A stretch of DNA of 63,218 nucleotides, filler included, from a bacterium (GCA_043817485.1; 6 parts of 6 records of this genome joined end to end with filler, not necessarily neighbours in it), one strand, 5' to 3'; counted from the whole stretch's first letter, positions 10,827 to 20,811 are shown. Program-made: numbers and translations. Notes: generated from the sequence alone by a model not told the origin.

Positions 10827-11882
10827 ATGTTGGGAAAAATATTAAAAATAATTGGGTCTAAAAAAAATAAAGGTATAGGAATAGATATAGGAACAGATTC
10901 TGTAAAAATCATAGAAATAGAAAAAACCACAAGAGGAATTGAATTAGTTAATTTTGGATTATCTCGTTTACCTGAAGGAACTATAGTTGATGGAGTAATT
11001 ACAAATTCTATGGCTGTAGAAGAAGCAATTAAAAATATTATTCAAAAAAATAATTTCCATATCAAAAAAGGAACTGTTGTAACAAGCATATCTGGAAAAT
11101 TTGCTATTGTTAAAAAAATAAAAATGCCTCTTTTGCAAGAAAAAGAAATACGACAATCTATTATGTGGGAAGCAGAACAATATATTCCTTTTGACATAAA
11201 AGATGTTATCGTAGACTTTCAAATTTTAGCAACATCTGAAAATGAAAAAGGAACAGATGTTTTATTAGTAGCAATTAAAAAAGAACGTATTCATACACAT
11301 CTTGAAATATTAAATAAATTAAAACTTTCTCCATCTATTATTGATGTTGATTCTTTTGCTGTAGTTAATAGTTATTTAACTAATACTACTAATAAAGAAG
11401 GCGTAGTTGCTTTTATTAATCTTGGAGCCAATACTACAAATATTATTATTTTAAATAATGAAGAACTTCAATTTACAAGAGATATTGCAATGGGAAGCAA
11501 AGAAATTACTCAAGCAATTTCTCAAGAAATGAAAATAAGTTATGAAGAAGCAGAAAATTATAAAAAAACACAAACAGTAAATTTGCTTTCAGTAAATAAT
11601 ATTTTAGAAAATTTAATTATGGAAATTCAAAGATCAATTGATTATTATAAATCTAGTTTTTATAATATGAATGTTGGAAAAATTATATTAAGTGGAGGCG
11701 GAGCAAAATATAAAAATATAGACAGAATTTTAAATAGAAAATTAAATTTATTTGTAGAAATAATAAATCCTTTTAAAAAAATTCAATTTAATCCAATTAA
11801 ATTTCCTCCAGAATATCTTCAAGAAATATCTTCTTTATCAAGTACTTGTTTAGGATTAGCTTTAAGGAAGGTGATAGAATGA
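10827..11882 (+). CDS. pilM: type IV pilus assembly protein PilM
   Basis: IGIDIGTDSVK, WEAEQYIPF, IIDVDSFA, ILSGGGA, GLALR. Confidence 0.93.
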   Translation: MLGKILKIIGSKKNKGIGIDIGTDSVKIIEIEKTTRGIELVNFGLSRLPEGTIVDGVITNSMAVEEAIKNIIQKNNFHIKKGTVVTSISGKFAIVKKIKMPLLQEKEIRQSIMWEAEQYIPFDIKDVIVDFQILATSENEKGTDVLLVAIKKERIHTHLEILNKLKLSPSIIDVDSFAVVNSYLTNTTNKEGVVAFINLGANTTNIIILNNEELQFTRDIAMGSKEITQAISQEMKISYEEAENYKKTQTVNLLSVNNILENLIMEIQRSIDYYKSSFYNMNVGKIILSGGGAKYKNIDRILNRKLNLFVEIINPFKKIQFNPIKFPPEYLQEISSLSSTCLGLALRKVIE

Positions 11883-12451
11883 TAAAAATAAATCTATTAA
11901 CACCAGAAGAAATTTCAAAACAAAAAAACTTTGCAAAAATTATAATGATATCTACTAGTTTAATTATTTTAGGAATTTTTTTTCTTTTTATATCTTTTGC
12001 AATAAGTATTAAAGTAGCAAATCTTAATAAATTAGTCATAGAACAAAAACAAGAATTAGAAAGATATCAACCTATAATTCGAAAATGTGAAGAAATGAAA
12101 AAAATAAGAGATGAAGCACTTAATAAAGTAGAAATAAGAAATAATTTAAGAAAAAAACAAGAAATTTGGCCTAAAATGTTAGAATATATAAATAACAATG
12201 TTCCAGAAACTGTATGGTTAACATTATGCGATATTGGATATAATAAAACTAAAAATCGTGATGAAGGAAGAATAGATGGCTATGCTTTTTCTAATATGGC
12301 AATTTGTTCATTTGTTAAAAATTTAACCCAAATTCCATATTTTAATAATATAAAATTAATTTCTACTCAATCAGGACAAGTAGAGGAAAAAAAAATAATA
12401 TCTTTTAAAATCATATTTTTTTGTAATTTATCTACACCATCTACCCCTTGA
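11879..12451 (+). CDS. pilN: type IV pilus assembly protein PilN
   Basis: MIKINLL start, TM helix, coiled coil, PETVWLT. Confidence 0.85.
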   Translation: MIKINLLTPEEISKQKNFAKIIMISTSLIILGIFFLFISFAISIKVANLNKLVIEQKQELERYQPIIRKCEEMKKIRDEALNKVEIRNNLRKKQEIWPKMLEYINNNVPETVWLTLCDIGYNKTKNRDEGRIDGYAFSNMAICSFVKNLTQIPYFNNIKLISTQSGQVEEKKIISFKIIFFCNLSTPSTP

Positions 12452-12508
12452 TTTGTAAAGTTTTGTAAGTTTGTTAAATAAAGTTTTTAATAATAAATGG
12501 AGGTTGTT

Positions 12509-13090
12509 GTGAATTGGTTTAAAAATCTTTCTAAACAACAAAAAATAGGGATTATTTTCATAGGAATTATTTTAGTGTTATTATATTTGAATTTTTTCAT
12601 CAAACCTAAAATAAAAGAAATTAAAAAATTAAAAAATGAATATATAGAAATAAAGCAACAAATAAAAGAAGCAAAAATTAAAGAATTAGAAGCAAAACAA
12701 ATGGAATTAGAATATGTAGAATTAACAAAAATATTAGAAGAAATTTTTTATGAAATTCCCAAAAATACTGATCAACCAGAAGTTTATAGTTTATTAGAAA
12801 ATATTACTGGAAGTAGAGTAAAATGTAAAATGGAATTTAATAATTTTAATCCAATATATAAAGATGAAGGATTAGAAATAATAGATAAAGGTTCTTATAA
12901 TGAATTTGCTATTCAAGTAGATTTTAAGGGAGAGTATCATACAGTAGGAATGTTTTTAGATGAATTATCTAATTTATCTCGAATAATTATTCCTCAAAAA
13001 ATTTATCTTGAAAAATATTCTGGAGACCAATCTGAAGAAAAAGAAACTTTAATTGTAAAAATGATTTTAGGAACATATTTATTTAAATAA
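12509..13090 (+). CDS. pilO: type IV pilus assembly protein PilO
   Basis: TM + coiled coil, GEYHTVGMFLDELSNLSRII; GTG start after GGAGG (alternative ATG 12497). Confidence 0.85.
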   Translation: MNWFKNLSKQQKIGIIFIGIILVLLYLNFFIKPKIKEIKKLKNEYIEIKQQIKEAKIKELEAKQMELEYVELTKILEEIFYEIPKNTDQPEVYSLLENITGSRVKCKMEFNNFNPIYKDEGLEIIDKGSYNEFAIQVDFKGEYHTVGMFLDELSNLSRIIIPQKIYLEKYSGDQSEEKETLIVKMILGTYLFK

Positions 13091-13119
13091 TTAAATGATT
13101 TGTAAAACGGAGCAAAAAA

Positions 13120-13563
13120 ATGAAATATTTATTTATTTTTATTATTTTATCATGTGTTATTCTTGGAAGTTGTGAAAAAAAAGTACAAGAAGCAGAATTA
13201 CAAATTTCATTACCTCCTAAAATAGAAATAAAACTTGAACAAAAAGAAAAATCTTTTTATAATCCTATAAGTACTAAAAAAGATCCTTTTACTCCTCCAA
13301 TTAAAGAAGTAGGAACATTAAACTTAAATTTAGAACAACTTAAATTAGTAGGAATTATGCAAAAATCTGGAAAAAAATGTGCTTTAGTTGAATTAAAAAA
13401 TGATCCAATTGGTTATTTTTTAAAAGAAGGAGATTTAATTAAAGATGCAAAATTAGTATTTATTCAAAAAAATAAAGTTGTGTTTGAACAAATACTTGAA
13501 GACGGTAAAACAATTATGAAAATTGAATTAAAACTTAAAAAAGATAACAGGGAGGCTAAATAA
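13120..13563 (+). CDS. pilP: PilP lipoprotein
   Basis: lipobox LGSC, KDPF, LEQLKLVGI, LKEGDLI. Confidence 0.8.
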   Translation: MKYLFIFIILSCVILGSCEKKVQEAELQISLPPKIEIKLEQKEKSFYNPISTKKDPFTPPIKEVGTLNLNLEQLKLVGIMQKSGKKCALVELKNDPIGYFLKEGDLIKDAKLVFIQKNKVVFEQILEDGKTIMKIELKLKKDNREAK

Positions 13564-13564
13564 A

Positions 13565-15760
13565 ATGTTTAAAAATAAAAATATTATTATTTCATTTTTT
13601 GTCTTTTTTTTCTGGACTTTTTTAGTTATGGGAAAAGTTGGAAATATTACAAATATAGAAGTAGAAAAAATAAATGGAAAAACTATTGTTAAAATAATAT
13701 CTGATTCAGAAATTAAAAAATATAATAATTTTAAATTACAACAACCTTTAAGATTAGTAATAGATTTTTATGAAACAACATTGATAGAACCTATAAGAAA
13801 AGAAATAAATACAGCAAATGTTTCAAGTATTTATTCTTCTAATTATCAAAGTGAACCTGAAAAAGTAGCAAGAGTTGTTTTAAAATTAGAAAAAGATTTT
13901 TCTCAAAAAATAATTAAAAAAGAAAATAAATTATATATAGAACTTACTTTTTCTGAAGAAAAAGTAGAAAAAGAAACAACCCCAAAATCAAAATTCGACT
14001 CTACTATTAAAATAGAAACTGCATATCTTCCTGATTCCAAAACTAAAAATGAAACAATAAAACCTACTCAACCACAAATCACTACACAACCAATTCAACC
14101 AGTAGTAACCAAACCAGTAGCAACTACAAAAGAAGTACCTACTACACCAGTAACCAAACAAGTAGCAATTACAAAAGAAGTAATTATCCCAAAAACAGAT
14201 AATCAAAAAATAGATGTACCTAAACAAAAAAAACAAAAAGAAAATGTTGAAATTGCAAAAGAAAAACCACTGAAAACAATCGAAAAACAAGAACCAATTA
14301 AACAAAAAATACAAGAACAAAAAACTGAAAATATTGCTAAATTAGATACTGAAGAAAATGAAACAATACAAATCACTACTCAACCAATTCAACCAGTTGT
14401 AACTACAAAAGAAGTAATGGTTTCAAAAATAGATAATCAAGAAACTACTAATTTATATGAGATTGATAATTTTAATATTGAAAAAAATGACAATGAAATT
14501 AAAAAAATAATTCCTATTGCAAAAAAAGATTCTTCTAATATTTCTACATCCCAAAATACAAATAAAATTTCTTATAATAAAAATATTGGCAACAAAATAT
14601 CTTTTGATTTTATTGATGCTGAAATAACAAATGTTTTAGAATTTATTATTTCTCAGGGTGGTGCTTATCCTTATATTGATGAAAGCATAAAAGGTAAAAT
14701 TACTTTAAAAATGGACAATATATCTTGGATAGATTCTTTAGAATATGTTGTTAAATTAAAAAATCTTTCTTATATTTATGATCGTAAGGTAAATATTATT
14801 AGAATCGGTTTAAAAAATGTTTTTGTAGATGGAATAGATATGTCAGAAACAACAAATACATTGGAAAATGAAAAAAAGAAACAAGAAATGGAAGAATTGT
14901 TTTCTCCAATTGAAGAAAAAATATTTACTTTATCACATGCTAAAGCAGAAGAAGTTGGATCAGCAATAAGTAATCGAATTAGCAAAGAAGGTAAATTTCA
15001 AATTATTTCTAAAACAAATTCAATTCTTATAAAAGACATTGGCATAAAAATGAGAGAAATAGAAAAATTAATTGTAAAATTAGATAAAAAAGATTTTCAA
15101 GTAATGATAGAAGCAAAAATTATTGAAATACAAACTTCAAATATTAATAGTTTAGGAGTTGATTGGGCATCAACAATGCAAGAAATAAGTGCAAATGGTA
15201 GTAAAACAATAGAAGCTAGTAATATTCCTGGAGCTTTAGGGAACACTACATTAAAAATTGGAACTATTATAAATAATATGACTTTTAATGCTATTTTAAA
15301 ATATATGGAAGAACAAACTAAATTGAAAATTCTATCTAATCCTCGTATTTCCACAATGAATAATGTTCCAGCTTCAATGATGGTTGGTTCAATGATTCCT
15401 TATACTCGATTAGATCAATCTGGAAATACTGTATCTGATTTTGTAAAAGTTGGAATAAGTCTTTCAGTAAAACCAACTATTACAATTGCTGATTATATTA
15501 TAATGGAAATTAAACCAGAAATTTCTTCTACACAAGGTAAAAGTATTTTAACTACTAATGCCACTACTACTGTAAGAGTAAAAGATGGAGAAACATCTGT
15601 TATTGGTGGACTTACAAGAAATGCTAATCAAACAAAAGAATCTAAAATTTCTTTTTTAGAAAAATTTCCTATAATTGGTTTTTTATTTAGAAATAAAGAA
15701 TCAACAGATGATGCTCGAGAAATTTTGATTTTTGTAACACCACATATAGTTAGAGATTAA
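13565..15760 (+). CDS. pilQ: type IV pilus secretin PilQ with N-terminal AMIN domain
   Basis: PLRLVIDF (AMIN), ISFDFIDA, QVMIEAKIIE, ILSNPRI, GETSVIGGL, ILIFVTPHIV. Confidence 0.92.
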   Translation: MFKNKNIIISFFVFFFWTFLVMGKVGNITNIEVEKINGKTIVKIISDSEIKKYNNFKLQQPLRLVIDFYETTLIEPIRKEINTANVSSIYSSNYQSEPEKVARVVLKLEKDFSQKIIKKENKLYIELTFSEEKVEKETTPKSKFDSTIKIETAYLPDSKTKNETIKPTQPQITTQPIQPVVTKPVATTKEVPTTPVTKQVAITKEVIIPKTDNQKIDVPKQKKQKENVEIAKEKPLKTIEKQEPIKQKIQEQKTENIAKLDTEENETIQITTQPIQPVVTTKEVMVSKIDNQETTNLYEIDNFNIEKNDNEIKKIIPIAKKDSSNISTSQNTNKISYNKNIGNKISFDFIDAEITNVLEFIISQGGAYPYIDESIKGKITLKMDNISWIDSLEYVVKLKNLSYIYDRKVNIIRIGLKNVFVDGIDMSETTNTLENEKKKQEMEELFSPIEEKIFTLSHAKAEEVGSAISNRISKEGKFQIISKTNSILIKDIGIKMREIEKLIVKLDKKDFQVMIEAKIIEIQTSNINSLGVDWASTMQEISANGSKTIEASNIPGALGNTTLKIGTIINNMTFNAILKYMEEQTKLKILSNPRISTMNNVPASMMVGSMIPYTRLDQSGNTVSDFVKVGISLSVKPTITIADYIIMEIKPEISSTQGKSILTTNATTTVRVKDGETSVIGGLTRNANQTKESKISFLEKFPIIGFLFRNKESTDDAREILIFVTPHIVRD

Positions 15761-15769
15761 TAAATTAAA

Positions 15770-16045
15770 AATTCGAAACAAATATAAATATCAAAATATG
15801 AAACAAGAGAATTTTTTTAAATATCCCGTAGAAATAATATATCGGTAAAAAATAATAAACAATTATTTTTCCGTAAATGTCTCGTAGGGACAATATATTG
15901 GTAGAAATAAATATTATTTTTAGCATAAATGCCGTAGGTATGATATATAAATTTTCAATTTAAAACAAATTCGAATGACAAAAATACAAAACAATAAAAA
16001 AAATCCGAAATCCGAATACCGAAATACGAAATTTGAAATAAATTC
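15770..16045. repeat. intergenic mosaic of (A)TTCGAA/TCCGAAA heptamer-like repeats and GTAG-type REP-like units
   Basis: AAATCCGAAATCCGAATACCGAAATACGAAATTTGAAA; CCCGTAGAAATAATATATCGGTA and CTCGTAGGGACAATATATTGGTAGAAA; related tracts near 20750-20910, 28115-28200, 34895-34935, 52085-52160, 55375-55410. Confidence 0.7.
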
Positions 16046-16168
16046 AGTTTAGTATGAAATTATATAAAATAAAAAATTAATCAATTGTTCCATATTTAAT
16101 AAATAGCAAATATATTTTTTTAAAAAATTTTGTAATTAATTTTATCATTTTATAATTATATTAAATTT

Positions 16169-16296
16169 AATACTAAAATTGCATTCAAAATGATAACAAG
16201 GCGGCAAGGAGGAGGTGACAAAAGCGTATAAATAATACGCTGGAGGAACCCGACGACAAAGCCAACACAGTTAGCGTTTGAATGCGATTTGGAATA
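16169..16296. repeat. ERIC-like ~128-bp miniature inverted-repeat element
   Basis: terminal IR TTGCATTCAAA / TTTGAATGCGA, inner AAGGCGGCAAG and AGCCAACACA, central hairpin AGCGTAT-AAATA-ATACGCT. Confidence 0.7.
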
Positions 16297-16308
16297 AAAG
16301 GAGATTCT

Positions 16309-19248
16309 ATGTATAATCGATTTTTAATTATTAAGGTCATATTATTATTATGTTCTTTAATGACGATATCAAATGCTTCTTATATACAATATGTAAAATG
16401 GTATGATGCTACTAATGGGAATAGAAATTCAGAAACAAATCTTCCTTATAAAATTGGTGATAAAATAACATTTGAAATGAAAGTTGTAGAAAGTATAAAT
16501 GATACAGCTTCTTGTCTTGATGGAGATGCAAAAGTAAATATTGGAATTGTTGCTGAAGATATTTATTTATATGATACTTGGTTAGGAGATCCAAAAGATG
16601 GTATTTATAAATATGATCATTATATTACTGGAGATGAAAAAGATGGTTATGAAATAACATCAACAATAATAAAAGGTTTTTTTATAAAAAATAATAAAAA
16701 TGCTACTAATAGTGGTGCTATTAAATCAGAAAATTTAATTTCTATTGATGCTAAACCTCCATTAATTTTAAATCCGAGATCTTCAATTAATCCTTTCAAT
16801 CCATTTCTTGTTGATAGAACAGAAATTTCTTATCAACTACAAGAAAAATGTGAAAGTGTAAATATAACAATTGTTGGAGAAAATTTTGATTTTTTAAAAA
16901 AATTAAGCATAGAAAATGCTTCTCAAGGAATAAATTTTACTACTTGGGATGGAAGAGATGATAATGGAGATTTTGCAGATACTTATCCAGGATTAGAAAG
17001 AATTACTCCTGATGGAAGTTATATCGTACAAATTAAATCTTTTGATTTTGCTGGTAATCCATCAAAAATTGCAACCTTAAAAATAAAATTAACTACTGTT
17101 CATTTAGAAATAAAAAATGTTAATGTTATGCCAACTTCTTTATATAAATATGGTGCATGTACTTTAGAATGGGATACGGTTTTATTTACAGAAATAACAG
17201 GAAAAAATAAACTTGGTGAAACTAAAATTTTTGGTGGAGAAGATGATATATATCAATTACAAATATTAGATTTTGGAATAGGAAGATGTTATAATGTTTG
17301 TGCTGCAGCAGATCAAGAACCATGGATAGTTTATTCTTTAAGTGAATTTAATTCTAATGGAAAAGAAAAAATATTTGCTACTCCTGCTAATGGAGAACTA
17401 TCATCAGGTGTAGATACAGACTATTATTATGTAAATCAATATGAACAAGAATTTGGAGAATTAGGTAGTTCTAAAGAAGATAAAGGAGATGGAGACGATA
17501 AAAATGATATGGATAATTTAAAAAGAATGGCTATTTTATCTGAATTGAAAAAAAATAAACATGAATATACTATTAGTTGTGCTTTTACAAGAATAGATTT
17601 GGGATCATCTTCTGGTAATTATTATTATCGAATAATGGCTACTTTATCTGGTCGATCTTTTGATTTTGCAAGTAAACCAGAAGATAAAGAGGAAAAATGG
17701 CATATGGTTCCTGAATTACAAGTAGGAGAAAATATTTCAAGTTTAACAACTCAAGTACAATTTAATATTAAAGAACCACCTTTTGAACCTGGAGATACTT
17801 TACCTCCTTATATAATCATGTATAAACCTACGGGTGAAGTTGAACCTAATACTGTTGGAGGACCTGGAGATAAAGGTGAAGTTTATGCAATATTAGATGA
17901 TGATACAAAAATAGATATTACTAAATCAAAAATTGAAGTATTAAATCCTTTTGGAAAAAGATTAGAAGGTAAATGTACTAATGATGGAAATAAAAAAATT
18001 TCTTATAAATTAGATGCTCCAATTATAGATCCTGGTATTTACACTTTAAGTTTTTATATTATAGATAAATTTGAATTAGTTTTAAAAAACGGTGCTTTTA
18101 CTAAACAATTTGTAGTTTTAGATAGAATGGGTCCAAAATTTATTAAAGAAAATCCAGAAAATGATAGTTTGGTTAGAGAAAAAATTAATATATTAAAAGT
18201 TGCTATTACTGATGAAAAAGGAATTGGCTTAATTAAAGAAACTTTATCTAAACAAGGGGCTGAAGGTCATTATAAAATAACTCTTAAAAATAAAGATGGT
18301 AAAGAAATTGCAAAAACTGGAGATGGTAAAACTATTACTGAATTTATTACTCCAGCTGATGCACAAATTAATATTTATGGAAATTATGAAAGTGGAGAAG
18401 TATCGTTTGAATTTAATTCAGATTTATTAAAAGATATTCCAGACAATAATCCAGATACATATACATGGGAAGTAGTAGTTTTTGATGCAAATAATAATGG
18501 AAGTAATAAAACATATACTTTTAAATTTTCTTTTTCTGATATAGAAATTATTAATAAAGATGACAACAAAGTATATGCTTATATTCCTTATACGGCAAAA
18601 ATAAAAAATAATGAAATTTTAAAAATAAATGAAATAAAAGTTAAAAATACCTCTGCTAAAGTCCCTGCTTCTCCTCCATATAAATTTTTAAAAAATATAG
18701 TTGAGTTTACTCCTAATAATATTGAATTTGATCAAGACATTACTATTATTATGCATTATACTGATGAACTTTTAAATATTTTATTATTAAAAGAAACTGA
18801 TATAAATGTTTATATGTTAGATGGAAAAGAATGGAAAATTGCTTCTTATAGTTTCTTTAAAGATGAAAAAGAAAATAGAATTTCTTTTAAAACTAATAAA
18901 ATTTTAAGTCAATATGCAATTATGTATTCTTTTAATGAAGGTGAAAAAAAAGAAACGAACTGTTTCAATCCTAAAAAAAACGAACATTTTAATTTTTATT
19001 TTAACTCAATTTTCCCAAATAAAAAAATCACAAAAGCAAAAGTAACAATTTATAATTTGGCTGGCGAATATATTTGTGAAATAAATGAAAAAAATGGTGT
19101 TATGTTAAGTGAAAATTTAGCTGCTTGGGATGGTAAAAATGAAGCAAAATCTATTGTAAATAATGGAGTTTATATTGCTATAATAGAAGCTAAAGACGAA
19201 TTAAATACCACTATTTATTTTAAACGATTAATTGCTGTAGTAAAATAA
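16309..19248 (+). CDS. large secreted protein with FlgD-Ig-like domains and a T9SS-like C-terminal domain
   Basis: signal peptide; NPFNP...TTWDGRDDNG...PDGSY internally; C-terminal CFNP...VTIYNLAGE...WDGKN...NNGVYI...IAVVK; start ATG 16309 after AAGGAG. Confidence 0.7.
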   Translation: MYNRFLIIKVILLLCSLMTISNASYIQYVKWYDATNGNRNSETNLPYKIGDKITFEMKVVESINDTASCLDGDAKVNIGIVAEDIYLYDTWLGDPKDGIYKYDHYITGDEKDGYEITSTIIKGFFIKNNKNATNSGAIKSENLISIDAKPPLILNPRSSINPFNPFLVDRTEISYQLQEKCESVNITIVGENFDFLKKLSIENASQGINFTTWDGRDDNGDFADTYPGLERITPDGSYIVQIKSFDFAGNPSKIATLKIKLTTVHLEIKNVNVMPTSLYKYGACTLEWDTVLFTEITGKNKLGETKIFGGEDDIYQLQILDFGIGRCYNVCAAADQEPWIVYSLSEFNSNGKEKIFATPANGELSSGVDTDYYYVNQYEQEFGELGSSKEDKGDGDDKNDMDNLKRMAILSELKKNKHEYTISCAFTRIDLGSSSGNYYYRIMATLSGRSFDFASKPEDKEEKWHMVPELQVGENISSLTTQVQFNIKEPPFEPGDTLPPYIIMYKPTGEVEPNTVGGPGDKGEVYAILDDDTKIDITKSKIEVLNPFGKRLEGKCTNDGNKKISYKLDAPIIDPGIYTLSFYIIDKFELVLKNGAFTKQFVVLDRMGPKFIKENPENDSLVREKINILKVAITDEKGIGLIKETLSKQGAEGHYKITLKNKDGKEIAKTGDGKTITEFITPADAQINIYGNYESGEVSFEFNSDLLKDIPDNNPDTYTWEVVVFDANNNGSNKTYTFKFSFSDIEIINKDDNKVYAYIPYTAKIKNNEILKINEIKVKNTSAKVPASPPYKFLKNIVEFTPNNIEFDQDITIIMHYTDELLNILLLKETDINVYMLDGKEWKIASYSFFKDEKENRISFKTNKILSQYAIMYSFNEGEKKETNCFNPKKNEHFNFYFNSIFPNKKITKAKVTIYNLAGEYICEINEKNGVMLSENLAAWDGKNEAKSIVNNGVYIAIIEAKDELNTTIYFKRLIAVVK

Positions 19249-19261
19249 AAGGAGCAAAAAT

Positions 19262-20197
19262 ATGAAAATACGAGTATTTATTTTATCTTTTATGTTTATT
19301 TTTATAAATATTGTATTATCAATTTCTGATATAACAGATAGTTTATCTACTAATGTTAAAATGGGAATTAGAGCAAAAGCAATGGGAAATTCTTTTATTG
19401 CTATTAGTGATAATGCTGATGCTATCTTTTTCAATCCAGCAGGTCTACCTAAAATGAAAAATAAAGAATTTTGTTTTATAACTACTAACCTTTTTCCTTT
19501 AGATATAGGATCAATTACAAATCAAGTTTTTTCTTATGCTCAATATGATGAAGGTTATGGTGCTTATGGTATAGCATTTAATAAATTAGAATGTGATTTA
19601 GATCCAGAAAAATATACTTATAACACATGGATTATATCTTATGGGAAAAAGGCTGGAGAATTTTTTTATATTGGTGGAGATGTAAAAATTTTAAAAATTC
19701 AATCTGATTTTGAATATCAAAAAGATAAAAAATTTGAAGGAAAAGGAAATATATTTGGGTTAGGTATTATTTACTCATTATCTCCTTCGTTATCATTTGG
19801 TTTAAAAATTGATGATTTACAAAATACAATAAAATATACAAGTGGATTAAAAGAAAATAAACCATTAGAATTTCAAACTGGATTTGCTTATAATTTGAAA
19901 GATATTTGTACTTTAGCTTTAGATACAAACATTGATAATAATTTTTCTCCAAAAAATATTAATTTAGGACTTGAATATGAATATAACATTAAAAATTCTG
20001 AAAAAGTATTTCAATTAAAAAAAGTTTTATTTAGATCTGGAGTTTCAAAACTTCTTTATGGTAATGAAAAATTAACTGGCTCTGGAGGACTTAGTATTCG
20101 ATGGAAAACTTTTGAAGTAAATTATGCTTTTGTAATAGATGATTTTAAGTTATCTAATACTCATTGGTTTTCTGTTTCTTTTTATGTAAAGGATTAA
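19262..20197 (+). CDS. PorV/PorP-like (UPF0164/FadL-like) outer-membrane beta-barrel
   Basis: GIRAKAMGNSFIAISDNADAIFFNPAGL N-terminal motif, amphipathic strands, C-terminal VNYAF...THWFSVSF. Confidence 0.75.
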   Translation: MKIRVFILSFMFIFINIVLSISDITDSLSTNVKMGIRAKAMGNSFIAISDNADAIFFNPAGLPKMKNKEFCFITTNLFPLDIGSITNQVFSYAQYDEGYGAYGIAFNKLECDLDPEKYTYNTWIISYGKKAGEFFYIGGDVKILKIQSDFEYQKDKKFEGKGNIFGLGIIYSLSPSLSFGLKIDDLQNTIKYTSGLKENKPLEFQTGFAYNLKDICTLALDTNIDNNFSPKNINLGLEYEYNIKNSEKVFQLKKVLFRSGVSKLLYGNEKLTGSGGLSIRWKTFEVNYAFVIDDFKLSNTHWFSVSFYVKD

Positions 20198-20200
20198 TTT

Positions 20201-20761
20201 TTGTTTGTTTTTGAGAAAAAAAAACTTCGAGAAAAAATAATACTTAAAAGAAATTTTCTTAAATCATTTCAAATTAAACAAAAAAGTGAAAAGATAAAAA
20301 ATACTCTTTTTGCTTTTTCTGTTTATCAAGAAAGTAAAGTAATTATGTTTTATGTTTCTTTTGGTTCAGAAGTAGAAACAAAAGAAATGATTGAAGAATC
20401 TTTACTTAATAAAAAAAGAATTGTTGTTCCAGTAATTTTAAAACAAAATTTAATGCTATCTGAAATTTATAGTTTTGATGAATTAAAAAAAGGAACTTAT
20501 GGAATATTAGAACCCGATAGAAAATTTTTAAGAATTATTTCTCCAAAAAAAATAGATTTGTTTCTTGTTCCAGGAATAGTTTTTGATTTTAAAGGTAATC
20601 GTATTGGGTATGGAAAAGGATATTTTGATAGATTATTACTAAAAAAACGAAAAAATGCTAAAACAATTGGTTTAGCATTTCATTTACAATTAATCAATAC
20701 TATTCCCTATGAAAAACATGATATTCCAGTAAATAAAATAATTACCGATTTCGAATTTTGA
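20201..20761 (+). CDS. 5-formyltetrahydrofolate cyclo-ligase
   Basis: YVSFGSEVET, GILEP, VPGIVFDFKGNRIGYGKGYFDR, HDIPV. Confidence 0.92.
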   Translation: MFVFEKKKLREKIILKRNFLKSFQIKQKSEKIKNTLFAFSVYQESKVIMFYVSFGSEVETKEMIEESLLNKKRIVVPVILKQNLMLSEIYSFDELKKGTYGILEPDRKFLRIISPKKIDLFLVPGIVFDFKGNRIGYGKGYFDRLLLKKRKNAKTIGLAFHLQLINTIPYEKHDIPVNKIITDFEF

Positions 20762-20784
20762 ATTTATTTTAAATTGAAAATTTA

Positions 20785-20811
20785 CTACAATAATATCACC
20801 CCTTCGGGGTT
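20785..20811. repeat. REP-like hairpin CTACAATAATATCACCCCTTCGGGGTT (7 copies in window)
   Basis: other copies at 22862-22890 and 22917-22940 (reverse), 25669-25697, 25721-25749, 34780-34807, 34833-34860. Confidence 0.8.

Noticed and set aside
20150-20200. 6S RNA expected upstream of 5-formyl-THF cyclo-ligase
   Set aside because: Only 3 bp separate it from the upstream gene
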